Shown: piece by piece, positions 1 to 11,500 of the stretch | Numbering within the stretch: the stretch's first letter is position 1 | Layout: the number at the start of each line of letters is the position of its first letter | Notes under the pieces: model-generated | Seen by the model: only the letters and a program-made list of their open reading frames with translations | What the model was told of the DNA's origin: nothing | The model's database searches: none | Assembly (NCBI RefSeq): GCF_963921235.1 | Contig: NC_086109.1 | Coordinates: 15,130,001-15,194,000, forward strand | Reading direction: 5' to 3' | Length of the DNA: 64,000 bases | Origin: Mobula hypostoma | Lineage: Eukaryota | Made by a program: the position numbers and the translations under genes

Positions 1-97
1 TGGAGATAACAATTCTGTAAGCACGTCAAAATTGCTTGCCAGTTATTGTACTACTTCTGCACATCAAGGTTTACAGAACAAGAGCTGTCTCAGGGAA

Positions 98-692
98 CAC
101 ACACAAAATGCTGGAGGAGCTCAGCAGGCCAGGCAGCATCTTTGGAAAAGAGTTCAGTTGACGTTTTGTGCCTAGACCCTTCATCGTGACTGGAGAAAAA
201 AAAAGATGAGTCACAGGAAGAAGGTGGGTGGGGGGAGGGGAGGACGAAACACAAAGTGATAGGTGAAACTTGGAGGGGGGGGTGAAGTAAAGAGCTGGGA
301 AGTTATTGGTGAAAGGGATACAGGGCTGGTGAAGGGGAATCCTATAGGAGAGGACAGAAGGTCATGGAAGAATGAGAAGGAAGGAGCACCAGAGTGAGGT
401 GATGGGCAGGTAAGGGGATAAGGTGAGAGTGGGGAAATGGGAATGGTGAAGCACATAATTCTCTAACTTCTGCCATCTCCTACGGGATTCCACCACCATG
501 CACATCTTTCCCTCCCCCTGCACTTCCAGCTTTTCGCAGGGATTGCTACCTACACAACTCCCTTGTCTGTTCGTCCCTCCCCATTGATCTCCCTCCTGGC
601 ACTTGTCCTTACAAGCAGAACAAGTGCTACATCTCCAGCATTTTGTGTGTGTTGCTTGGATTTCTAGCATCTGCAGGTTTTCTCTTGTTTGT
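98..692. mobile_element. Penelope-like element derivative: inverted terminal segment plus internal RT/GIY-YIG linker fragment
   Basis: ACACAAAATGCTGGAGGAGCTCAGC at the left end and the inverse CCAGCATTTTGTGTGT at the right end. 455-630 resembles the PLE linker (HIFPSP...PPGTCPYKQNKCY, frameshifted). TSD-like GAGCTGTCTCAGGGAA (82-97) / GAGCTATCTTGGGGAA (693-708). Confidence 0.75.
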
Positions 693-889
693 GAGCTATC
701 TTGGGGAATTGAGTTGGATCTTTGTCTGGCATAAAGGCTTTGGGCTGAATGGCCTCCCATTGTGCCATTGATTCAAAGTGGTGAATGGAGTTAGGCAAGA
801 TCGAGTGGTTAGCTCCTCATGTATAAATTGTAGTGTAAATAAAAGTGTGTAGACCTATATCTCACATGGAACAGTAAGATGAGTAAGGA

Positions 890-1050
890 GGAGATTGAAA
901 GGTATCTAATTAGTCAGGGTATCAAGGGATATGGGGGGGGGGAAGCTGGAAATTGGAACTAGATGGGAGAATAATTTAACTCATGGTGGAGTGGCGGAGC
1001 AGACTCGATGAGCCGAATGGCCTACTTCTCCTTTGTCTTGTGATCTTGTG
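890..1050 (+). mobile_element. CR1 LINE 3' tail fragment
   Basis: GGAGCAGACTCGATGAGCCGAATGGCCTACTTCT tail shared with the CR1 copies at about 5330 and 62260. Confidence 0.65.
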
Positions 1051-1422
1051 ATGAATGGTCCTTTACCCTGTAGTACAAGGGAAAACTTATTCCAGTGGGG
1101 GGGGGGGAATGTGATGCTCTTGCTAAGCATCAATTCTTTAATACTTGATCAAAGCACCAGTACTGAGTGCCATATTCACCTACTGCACAGGATTTTTGAG
1201 TTACTAAATCAAGTACTGAAGTGAACACTAGGCATTGACATTATCTTCAGCTCATGATGTGCAACTAAGCCCATGTGTTTCAGAGCTTTTCTGAATATCC
1301 ATCTCTTTACTTTGCAGTATCATATGAGATAGATGGTGGCTATTGGTGAGATTGTCAGTTACTAGAAAGCAATTTCTTCCAAAACCACCAAGGCTGCCTC
1401 CAAGAAAACCACAGCTTTGACA

Positions 1423-1800
1423 TGGGGTTGGAGGTTTGTGTGCCTCAATGACCTGGAGAGCTATGTTTTCTGGAGTCAGGGCTTTCTGCTTTGGCTCTTG
1501 GTAGGGTCACCCATGCCATCATGGCAAAGAGTAGAAGCCAGACTAGGAGTGGTCCACCAGTCCTCCAGGTTTAGAGGTTCAGCTCAGGGCTAATGACCAT
1601 GACTGGTAAAACAAAATTTATTACGGAAGCAGCAGTGAAGAATCCTTCTACATCTGAGGGTGACAGTATTCCTGAGTCTCCACCCAGAACTTCCTTGACT
1701 GAGAGGAAGCTACTGACATGATGAAGGAAGCCCTGAACACCACCAGAGATGGAGGACCTTCATTGCTGCCCTAAATGCCAATGGCATAACAGGTAGTAGA
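1423..1800 (+). mobile_element. Decayed RTE-type non-autonomous retroelement fragment
   Basis: 3' end (AGATGGAGGACCTTCATTGCTGCCCTAAATGCC) resembles RTE-clade ORF ends; pattern recognition only. Confidence 0.35.
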
Positions 1801-2437
1801 GAAACCAAGGTCACCAGTAAAATATTATACAAGAAGTGAGTATCACCACTGGCCACCAAGAATAAGCAAACCCTGAGACTGACAAAAATGTTCACAGATC
1901 ACTAAATAAAAAATTTACCTTTGGAGCTGAGCTTTAGGGCAATAACAAAAGAATGTATAAAATCATATTTTTGAGTTGACTGAGTTTGCCAATTGGTCAT
2001 ATTGCCAATTGGTGGGGGGAAGTGGTTTGGGGGGGAGGAAGCTATTAAATGGTGTGGAAAATGTCTAGGCACTTTGCAAAACTAACTACTGCAGCACAAG
2101 GTGACCTTCAAAAGGCAATTCGGGAGAAAAATCATTAACTGGAAGATCGAGGTGTAAATTGGAAGAATAGCATGGATACACTTAAAGAAGAAAATCGATA
2201 TACTAAGAAGAAAAAAATGAGCTGTTGATGGAGTAGACTCTATGGCCTATTTCTGCTCTTGTAGCTTAAATGAGAGGTGGTTTAGTGAGAAGAAATGAGT
2301 TAAGATCATGGGTTGAATTAACTCTGCTGTAAATTTTGATCTATTTTTGACTCTCCCTGTTCCCAGCTCTTGTATGGGCTTCAGCTACTGGTGTAGAACC
2401 TTGCCAAAGTGAATTGAATATCTCTCTAACCCTGCAG

Positions 2438-2501
2438 GTGAAGAACTGGGTGAAAGAGTTACGGAAGATGCTCGGCGGTGAAATCTGTCTCTGTATAGTC
2501 G
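2438..2501 (+). CDS. RAB21: RAB21-like coding exon (64 nt; VKNWVKELRKMLGGEICLCIV)
   Basis: Acceptor ctaaccctgcag|GTG, donor G|gtatgt; Rab21-type peptide. Confidence 0.93.
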
Positions 2502-5500
2502 GTATGTGACTTTCAACACTTGTCCTTCTGTTAAAGCTGTGTTCTATATCATTGTACACAACTATTCCTGAACCCACTTCTGGATAGTTCTCCATTTCCC
2601 TCCCATCTAGTCTGTTAGACAAAAATTCTCTAAGTATGGAGGTTTTCTAGCAAGATGCTTTTGTTGGACTGGTAGAGTTTATGTGGTGATGCTTGGTACA
2701 AAGTCCAGTATCTCCTGTCCGTAATGAAGGAATTGAGGTTTATTGTGGGATTTGGAGAGATGCCCTCTTCTCACTACAACCATTGGACAGGAAGTACAGA
2801 AAAGGTAAGACGGGGGAACACACCTCAGTCCTCAAAGAGGGATCAGGAGTGGAAAGAGTGAGCAATTTCATGTCGTGAATGTCAGCATCTCTGAGGATCT
2901 ATCCTGGACCCAACATATCAATACAATTACAAAGAAGGCATGACAGCGACTATATTTCATTAGGAGTTCGAGGAGATTTGGTGTGTCACCAAAGACACTT
3001 ACAAATTTCTACAGATATACAGTGGAGGACACTCTAACTGGCTGCATCACTGTCTGGTGGTGGTGGGTTGTTGGGGGTGGGGGGGGGTGCTACTGCACAA
3101 GATCCAAATAAGCTACAGAGCATTGTAAACTTGGTCATTTCCATCATGGGCACTAGCCTCTAGTATCCTGGAAATCTTCCAGGAGTGAGGCCTTAAAAAG
3201 GTGGCATCCATCATTAAGGACCCCTATCACTGAGGTCACGCCTTGTTCTCATTGCTACCGTCAGGAAGGAGGTACAGAAACCTGAAGGCGCACACTCAAC
3301 TATTCAGGAACAGCTTCTTGCCCTCTTCCATTCGATTTCTGAATGGACATTGAGTCCATAATCACTAACTCCACTACTTCTAAATTTCTATTTTGCACTA
3401 CTTATTTAATTTAACTATTTAACATACTTTAATTCAGTTTTTTCTGTTATGTATTACATTGTACTGCTGCCACAAAGATAACAAATTTCATGACATGCCG
3501 GTGATATGAAACCTGATTTTGATTCTCATCACTGATTAGATGCCCTCTTCTTGCTGTTACCATTGGGTTGGAAGTCCAGAACATCATGTTATTGCTGACG
3601 AGATGGCCTCTTTGCACTACTACCATTGGGCAATAGGTACAGAACCTCATCTTATCAGTAAGACTTGAGGGTTTCCACCAGGTGCCCTGGTTACTCCCAT
3701 ATGGTAAAGAATAATCCTTGGACACAAAACAACGCATCTCACAGTCTGTCTTTTAAAAGAAAGACTGTTGAGTTAATTAGCTGCAGTAATGTGGCACTGA
3801 TGTGGATAGGTGGCAGGATACTCTGGAGGGAGAAGATATCTGGGGATTGACGGGAGTGCTTTGAGAGCCAGCACGGCACATGGATTGAATAGTTGCCTCT
3901 TATGACAGAAGTGTTTTGAGAAATGGGATTGAAGTCTTCACTAAATAGGTCCTTCCACTAGATCTTTCCTCGGGGACTGTTTATGGGAATGTGGGAAGGA
4001 CAGTGGGCTGCAGGAGGGGTAAGCTGCTGTTTTTTTGAAGTTTGATGGCAGGATGCCTAAATATGCTGATTAAGAACTGGCAAATTAGGTTTATTTGCTT
4101 GATTCAAAGTACATTTATTATCAAAGTATCTATGCAGTATACAACACAGATTCATCTTCCCCACAGACAGGCATGAAACAAAGGAAACCGTGGAACACGT
4201 TCAAGGAATAATGCCAACCCCCGCCCCCCCCACACGTGTAAAACAAAGTGGGGAAAGAAAACTAAATTGAAAGAGTCTAGCCATATTCAGTTCAGCTCAG
4301 CTCAGTTCAATCTAGCATTGTGTTGTTCGTTATTTGCAGGCTGTCCCGCTCAAAATTGTGTGAAATTCGTTATTTGCAGGCTGTCCTGCTCAAAATTGTC
4401 TGAAATTGCAACAAAAAAAGAGTGACCAGAAACACATGATAATGTCCTGAATGGTGTAAATGGATGATGGAATTGATGACTTTGTTGCAAAGTTTACAGA
4501 CGTTATGAAGATGGGTAGAGGGGTAGGTAGTTTTGAAGAAGTGGAAGGACTCGGACAAATTAGGAGAACGGGCAAAGGAATGGCAGATAGAATAGTGTTT
4601 GGAAGTGTATGGTTGTGCACTTTGGTAGAAGAAATAAAAGGGTTGACTATTTTCCAAATGGAGAAAAAATACAGAAAGACTGAGGCGTGAAGGGACTTGG
4701 GAGTCCTTGTTCAGGATTCCCTAAAGATTAATTTGTAGGTTGAGTCTGTGGTGGAGGAGGCAAATACAATGTTAGCATTCATTTCAAGAGGACTAGAATA
4801 TAAAAGCAAGGATGTAATGTTAAAACTTTATAAAGCACTGGTGAGGCTTACTGGGAGTCTTATGAGCAGGTTTGGGCCCCTTATCTTGGGATGTACTGAA
4901 ACTGGAGAGGGTTCAAAGGAGATTCGTGAAATGATTCCAGGATTGAATGGCTTTTCATATGAAGAGCATTTGATGGCTCCTGACCTGTATTCACCAGAAT
5001 TCAGAAGAATGAGGGGTGAACTCATTGAAACCTATCAAATGGTGAAAGGCCTTGATAGAGTGGATGTGGAGAGGATATTTCCTATGATGGGAGAGTGGAA
5101 GACCAGAGGGGACAGCCTCAGAATACAGGGGAGTCCTTTCAGAATAGAGATTAGGAATGTCTATTAGCCAGAGAGTAGTGAATCACAGGCAGCTGTGGAG
5201 GCCAAGACTTTATGTATATTTTAGGCAGAGGTTGATAGATTCTTGATTAGTCATGACAAGAAGGGATACGGGGAGAAGGCAGGAAATTGGGGCTGAGAGG
5301 AAAATTAGATCATCTGTGATGAAATGGCAGAGCAGACTCAATGGGCCAAATGGCCTAATTCTACTCTTGTATTTTATGGTGTTGTACCTGTCACCTTCTG
5401 TGTTCGGTGGTGGGGGGTGGAGCGTGGGGGGGATTGTTGTCTATTGGGTCCATTTAAAAGAAAGAATAAATAAATTTTTTAAAGTTCCATTTTTTATATG

Positions 5501-8500
5501 ACTCCACTTTGAACTTCCCTGTTCTGGGGAAGAGAATTCATAGTGACCAATTAACCTGTCAGCCTGCACATTTTTGTGTTGAGACGGTGAGAGTATTAGG
5601 GGAGGAACTGGAGCACCTGGAAGAATGCTGTGCAGTCATAAAGTGAAGGTGAAAACTCCATGCAGGGTTTGAGGTCAGCATTGAATCTGGACTTCTGGCA
5701 CTCAGAGGCAATGGCTCTATCAGCTGGTTTGTCCATTAGTGTTCATGTGATGGTTGAGTTGATCATACAAGTGCATGCATTTGGTGTTGTAAATTAATGT
5801 CATTTTTGAATAGTTGGACCAGAATTATGCCATGCTGTAAATATTAAACAAATTAGTTTCTTTAGAAAGAGCCACCTAGCCTCCAATTTTAAGGTTCAAC
5901 TCCAAAGCAAAGTTGGCTTTTAATTAAAACCTATTTTTGTTCTGAATTTGACCTTTAACAATTTTGGAATTGATCTTTGATTAGAACTTAAAACCTTTCA
6001 ACAGTTACAAGTTTTGGTGTAGTTGTTAGTGGAAGAATTATTCTAATTTATTTAGAGATACAGCTCAGTAACAAGCCCTTCCAGAGAACAAGCCTTTCCA
6101 GACAACAAGCCTGCCTTGCCCAATTAAATTCGTACGTCCAATTAACTTACCTGCCTTTTTGGAATGTGGAAGGAAACTGGAGCACCCAGAGGAAATCCAT
6201 GCAGCTATTAGGAGAACATACAAACTCCTTTCAGACGGTGATGAAAGTGAACACAGACCGTTGGCATTGGATTAGTATAATATTATTACAATGTTTCCCA
6301 ACATTTTTTTAGCCCAAGGCATTTTCATACTTGCCAACAGCCCTCTTAGGTACAATATATTTTCTGCTGCCTCCACAGTCTAAAAACATGTCTACCATAT
6401 GTTAACATGAGAAAAATGATTGCTTTAAAATTTTATTTGTTTTTAAACCTACCGTACATAGTACCTGTGTGCTGTACAGCAGCTTCAATATCAATGTGAT
6501 CCTTGAGCTTGATGGTGTTAGCAAGAGCTGAAATATCTAGTTCAAGTTGTGACAGCAAATGCCTTAAGTCCGCACGTGTAACAACGTCCAAGTGCTTTCT
6601 GTCTTTTATGAGGATGTGGTTCACTGCACTGAAGCCTCCTTTAACAGGATGGGAGGATGGAAATGCAGTGAAGAGCAGCTTGGCTCTTCTCCAGAGACCA
6701 GGAAACTTCATATGACTGTGTAGCCACATAGCACAAAAACTGACATTTTTGGAAAGCATTTTTGCTTCTTCATCATTCTGAGTTTTGATAATTTTTTACA
6801 AGCTCTCTTCCTGTGCTTCCAACTTGCAAAGAAATGGCGTAATTACCCAGTCTGGAATTTCCAGATTATTCAAATCCTTGAATCAATTCTGAAAATCCTT
6901 CTTCAGTGAGTACAGATGTAAGCAGTACTCTTGCAAATCAACATCTGTGAAAGAGTGCCAAACTTTCCATGCAGGCAGTCTGTGAGAACCACCTTCTCCC
7001 ACCATTTTGCTTATACTGTATATTTCTAATTTTCTGATGAAAGTGGACACTGCACTTTTTGCCCGGAATAAATTGAAATTCTCACCCTGCAGTTTCATAT
7101 TTAGAATGTTCATTTTGTCATACAGATCGGCTAGGTATGCCACATCTCCACATTGTTCAGTCTTGTTTCCCAAGCTCTTGTTGACTTTGAGCAAAAAAAT
7201 TCAACCAGTGTCAAAAAGATCAAAGAAACGGTTTAAACGGTGACCATTTGACAGCCAATGCATTTGAGTGCGAAGAAGCAAGCATTAAAACTCTTCATTG
7301 TTACCTTGGCATAACTGGTGAAATATTCTGCTATTTAATGGATGAGCTTTAATTTTGTTAATAGCAGACATTACAAAAGTCATACTTAGAAAGTCGCTGG
7401 CTGAGGTTTTTGGCTGCGAGATGTTGACGATGAATCACAATAGATTACAAACAGACTTGGAATTTCTTTTTTCGTGAATGCTACTGAATCAGCATGGTGA
7501 CCTGTCACATATGGTGCTCCATCTGCTTCACAAGAAATCATGTTCCCAATCGGAATACTTCTATCTTCAGTATATATTTTGAGCTCATCATAGATTGATT
7601 CTCTGTTGATACTTGTTTTTAACTTTTTTACAAAAGAGAACCTCTTCATAAACTTTTCCATTTTTTATAAACTGTACATATGCCGTCAGCAATGCCTCAT
7701 TGTCTCGCACTGTTGACTCATCCATTTGCATCTCAAATTGTTTTATGTGGCTCTGAGCATAGTTGATACTCAGTGTCTTCACTCATTTTGTCAATATGAT
7801 GAGCTAGAAAGTTATTAATCAGAGGAATTGATTTTAAAATACTGGTATCCATTTTGAGAGCAGTGGTGAGCATTTTTGATACAGCAGGCATTATTAAACT
7901 TTCACCAATTGTATGAGATTTTCTGCACTTTGCTATCATTTTGGAAATGTCATAAGCAATGAGACCACCATCAAGATTACTTTTAGTTTTCTTGGCAAAT
8001 GACTCGAGTGTGCAGTGCTGCTTTCATCTTCTGGAACTGAGTCCTGCCATAAGTAGTCTTTTCAGGATGTCTTTTACGGAAGTGTTCCTGCAGTCTTAAT
8101 GGTTTAGTGGCTTCATTAGACAGTACAGTATTACAAATAAGACGCATGGAGTGTCTCATCTGACAGGAACAGAGTAAAACCATACTCCAGTATGTAACAT
8201 TGTATTGCTGCGCTTTCTGTAATTTGTGTCTTTTATTATGATTAGAATTCAAGGCTTCACTGCCTTCAGACTCATAGATATTTATCCCATCATTAATGGG
8301 GTTAAATAAATGGGAATGCCGATCGGATGTTAACAACGGCAGTGAGTTGATAGGGTCAATCGGGTCTCGTGCTCAAGTTAGGGTACCACTTACCAACGTG
8401 CCTCCCCCCCCACCCCCGACAACTTCTATTTCTCCTAATGCCCCCTTGAGAATCACTGCACTATCCTAACCGCTATAGTACTGTGCCACCTCTAATGATT

Positions 8501-11500
8501 TTGCTTTGCACTTGCAGGAAATAAAACCGACCTGGAAAAGGATCGTAACGTGATAATTGAGGAAGCAGAAGCGTGAGTATTGGACCCTGAACGGAGCCTT
8601 CTGGTGAGGGTGGATGGGAGCAGTGCTTTGCTAGTATGTGAAAACTGGAACTAATTGTCCTCTTTTCCAATGAGTAACTTCTCAGCAGAAGCTTATTATG
8701 ACACAGAGGCCATTTGGCCCATTGGGTAGATGCTGGTTACTATCGGAGTAATCCCATCATACCCATTCCATTTTTGCATTATAGCTCAACAGCCTTTATT
8801 CTCCTTGACATGCTCCATTCCTCTTTGGCTAATTTAACCTGCATTGCAGCAATGTAACAGTGGCCAATCATCTGCAAGCATGAGTTTGTGTATGTATGGG
8901 ACAGTTCTGTCATAGAGCATGGTCTTCGAGATGACATTGTCATTCTTCGGTACACAAGTGTAAACGAAAATGAAATGATTGTTACCCTGGATCTAATGCA
9001 GCATAAAAAAAGCACAATAAGCATAAAGAACACTATTTAAAAAGACACAGCAAATGTAAATATAAAAGCAATCTTATAAAACCCACTGTGTGAGTAACTG
9101 AGTGTGATGGTACATGCATGATTATATACATTGACTGTATATTCAGTGACGTTAGGTGCAGGAGCGTAAAGTGGCTGTGCATGGGGTGGAGGGAGTGAAC
9201 AGTGCTGAGGGGCTGTGGAGAGGAGAGGATGACTTGAGATTGTGAACCGTAATTTAAGGAGCTCTACAATAGATTAGGTATGATATGGGAATGTGAGTGA
9301 GAGTTGACAGCTAGAATGGTATCAAGACTATAATATAGTGCCTTTTCCAGGGTATTTCCTCCTGGTAAGCACTACATAGTACTGTGTTTAATATACCAAA
9401 AAAACAGTGGTAAGACCATATGACATGGGAGCAGATTGAAGTAGATTCATTATCCCTCTGAACCCCGTTCTCCTGTCTTTGCCTCAAACTCTGACAGCCT
9501 TACTAATCTCCAGCTTCCCTCTGGCTGAAGAAATTTCTCCATCACCTTTGTTCTGAAGGATGTCCTTCTATTCTAAGGTTGTGCCCTCTGGCCCTAAACT
9601 CCCTCACTGTAGGAAACACCCCCTCCACATGCGCACATGTATTTTCATGGCAAAGGCATTTTGTTCAAGTTATAGGGTAGGTTAATCATAGTCATACTTT
9701 ATTGATCCTGGGGGAAGTTGGTTTTCGTTACAGTTGCACCATAAATAATGATAATAAAACCATAAATAGTTGAATAGTAATATGTAAATTATGCCAGTAA
9801 ATTATGAAATAAGTCCAGGACCAGCCTATTGGCTCAGGATATCTGACCCTCCAAGGGAGGAGTTGTGAAGTTTGATGGCCACAGGCAGGAATGACTTCCT
9901 ATGACGCTTTGTGTTGCATCTCGGTGGAATGAGTCTCTGGCTGAATGTACTCCATTACATTATGTAGTGGATGGGAGACATTGTCCAAGATGGCATGCAA
10001 CTTAGACAGCATCCTCTTTTCAGACACCACCGGGAGAGAGTCCAGTTCCATCCCCACAACGTCACTGGCCTTACGAATGAGTTGTTGATTCTGTTGGTGT
10101 CTACTACCCTCAGCCTGCTGCCCCAGCACACAACAGCAAACATGTTAGCACTGGCCACCAGACTCATAGAACATCCTCAGCATTGTCCGGCAGATGTTAA
10201 AGGACCTCAGTCTCCTCAGGAAATAGAGATGGCTCTGACCCTTCTTGTAGACAGCCTCAGTGTTCTTTGACCAGTCCAGTTTATTGTCAGTTCGTATCTC
10301 CAGGTATTTGTAATCCTCCACCATGTCCACACTGACCCCCTGGATGGAAACAGGGGTCACCGGTACCTTAGCTCTCCTCAGGTCTACCACCAGCTCCTTA
10401 GTCTTTTTCACATTAAGCTGCAGATAATTCTGCTCACACCATGTGACAAAGTTTCCTACCGTAGCCCTGTACTCAGCCTCATCTCCCTTGCTGATGCATC
10501 CAACTATGGCAGTCATCCGAAAACTTCTGAAGATGACAAGACTCTGTGCAGTAGTTGAAGTCCGAGGTGTAAATGGTGAAGAGAAAGGGAGCGAAGACAG
10601 TCCCCTGTGGAGCCCCAGTGCTGCTGATCACTCTGTCGGACACACAGTGTTGCAAGCACATGTACTGTGGTCTGCCAGTCAGGTAATCAAGAATCCATGA
10701 CACCAGGGAAGCATCCACCTGCATCGCTGTCAGCTTCTCCCCCAGCAGAGCAGGGTGGATGGTGTTGAACGCACTAGAGAAGTCAAAAGACATGACCCTC
10801 ACAGTGCTCGCTGGCTTGTCCAGGTGGGCGTAGACACGGTTCAGCAGGTAGACGATGGCATCCTCAACTCCTAGTCGGGGCTGGTAGGCGAACTGGAGGG
10901 GATCTAAGTGTGGCCTGACCATAGGCTGGAGCAGCTCCAGAACAAGTCTCTCCAGGGTCTTAATGATGTGGGAGGTCAATGCCATCGGTCTGTAGTCATT
11001 GAGGCCGCTGGCATTGTCATGGGTAGAAATCTTTGAAGAAGTTAAAGATGCTTATCACCACACAGCAGCTGAATTGTCCTTTTAAAATAATAGGAATTAA
11101 GTGTTTTCTGTACTTTCCATTCTAAAATAAATTGTTAACCTAGTTTTGGATTGAAATGTGTTCTTGCTGCTGAATTAGCAAATCATGCTTGCAACATGTG
11201 AATCTTAAATATCAACTGTTAAGCCAAAATTTCTTCAAAACAATGTGATCTCGTGGATCTCTTTTAATGGATGCCATTTATTTCTGTTGCTTCACTAAAT
11301 CTTTGTTGTATGCATTCAGTTGAAGACCCATTTGTATTTTCAATACCTAGACCCCTTGAGATGGTTACAAGAATGATAATTTGTTTCTTGAATGTACAAG
11401 TAATAGTGTGTGTGTATTTATCATGCAACTGTCAATTTGTTATAACACACACGAAATGTTGGAGGAATTCAGCAGGCCAGCCAGCATTTAACCAATTTCC

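Noticed and set aside
1..2437. Search for the upstream RAB21-like exon (ERFHALGPIYYRD...)
   Set aside because: Not found; presumably upstream of the window.
3524..3665. Degenerate roughly 60-bp tandem repeat, superficially array-like
   Set aside because: Only about two diverged units, similar to a segment of the adjacent LINE (also seen near 2760). No repeat-spacer structure and a eukaryotic context, so not CRISPR.
6433..8336. Possible domesticated ZBED/SCAND3-like gene
   Set aside because: Many frameshifts and stops with TIRs retained: a dead transposon.
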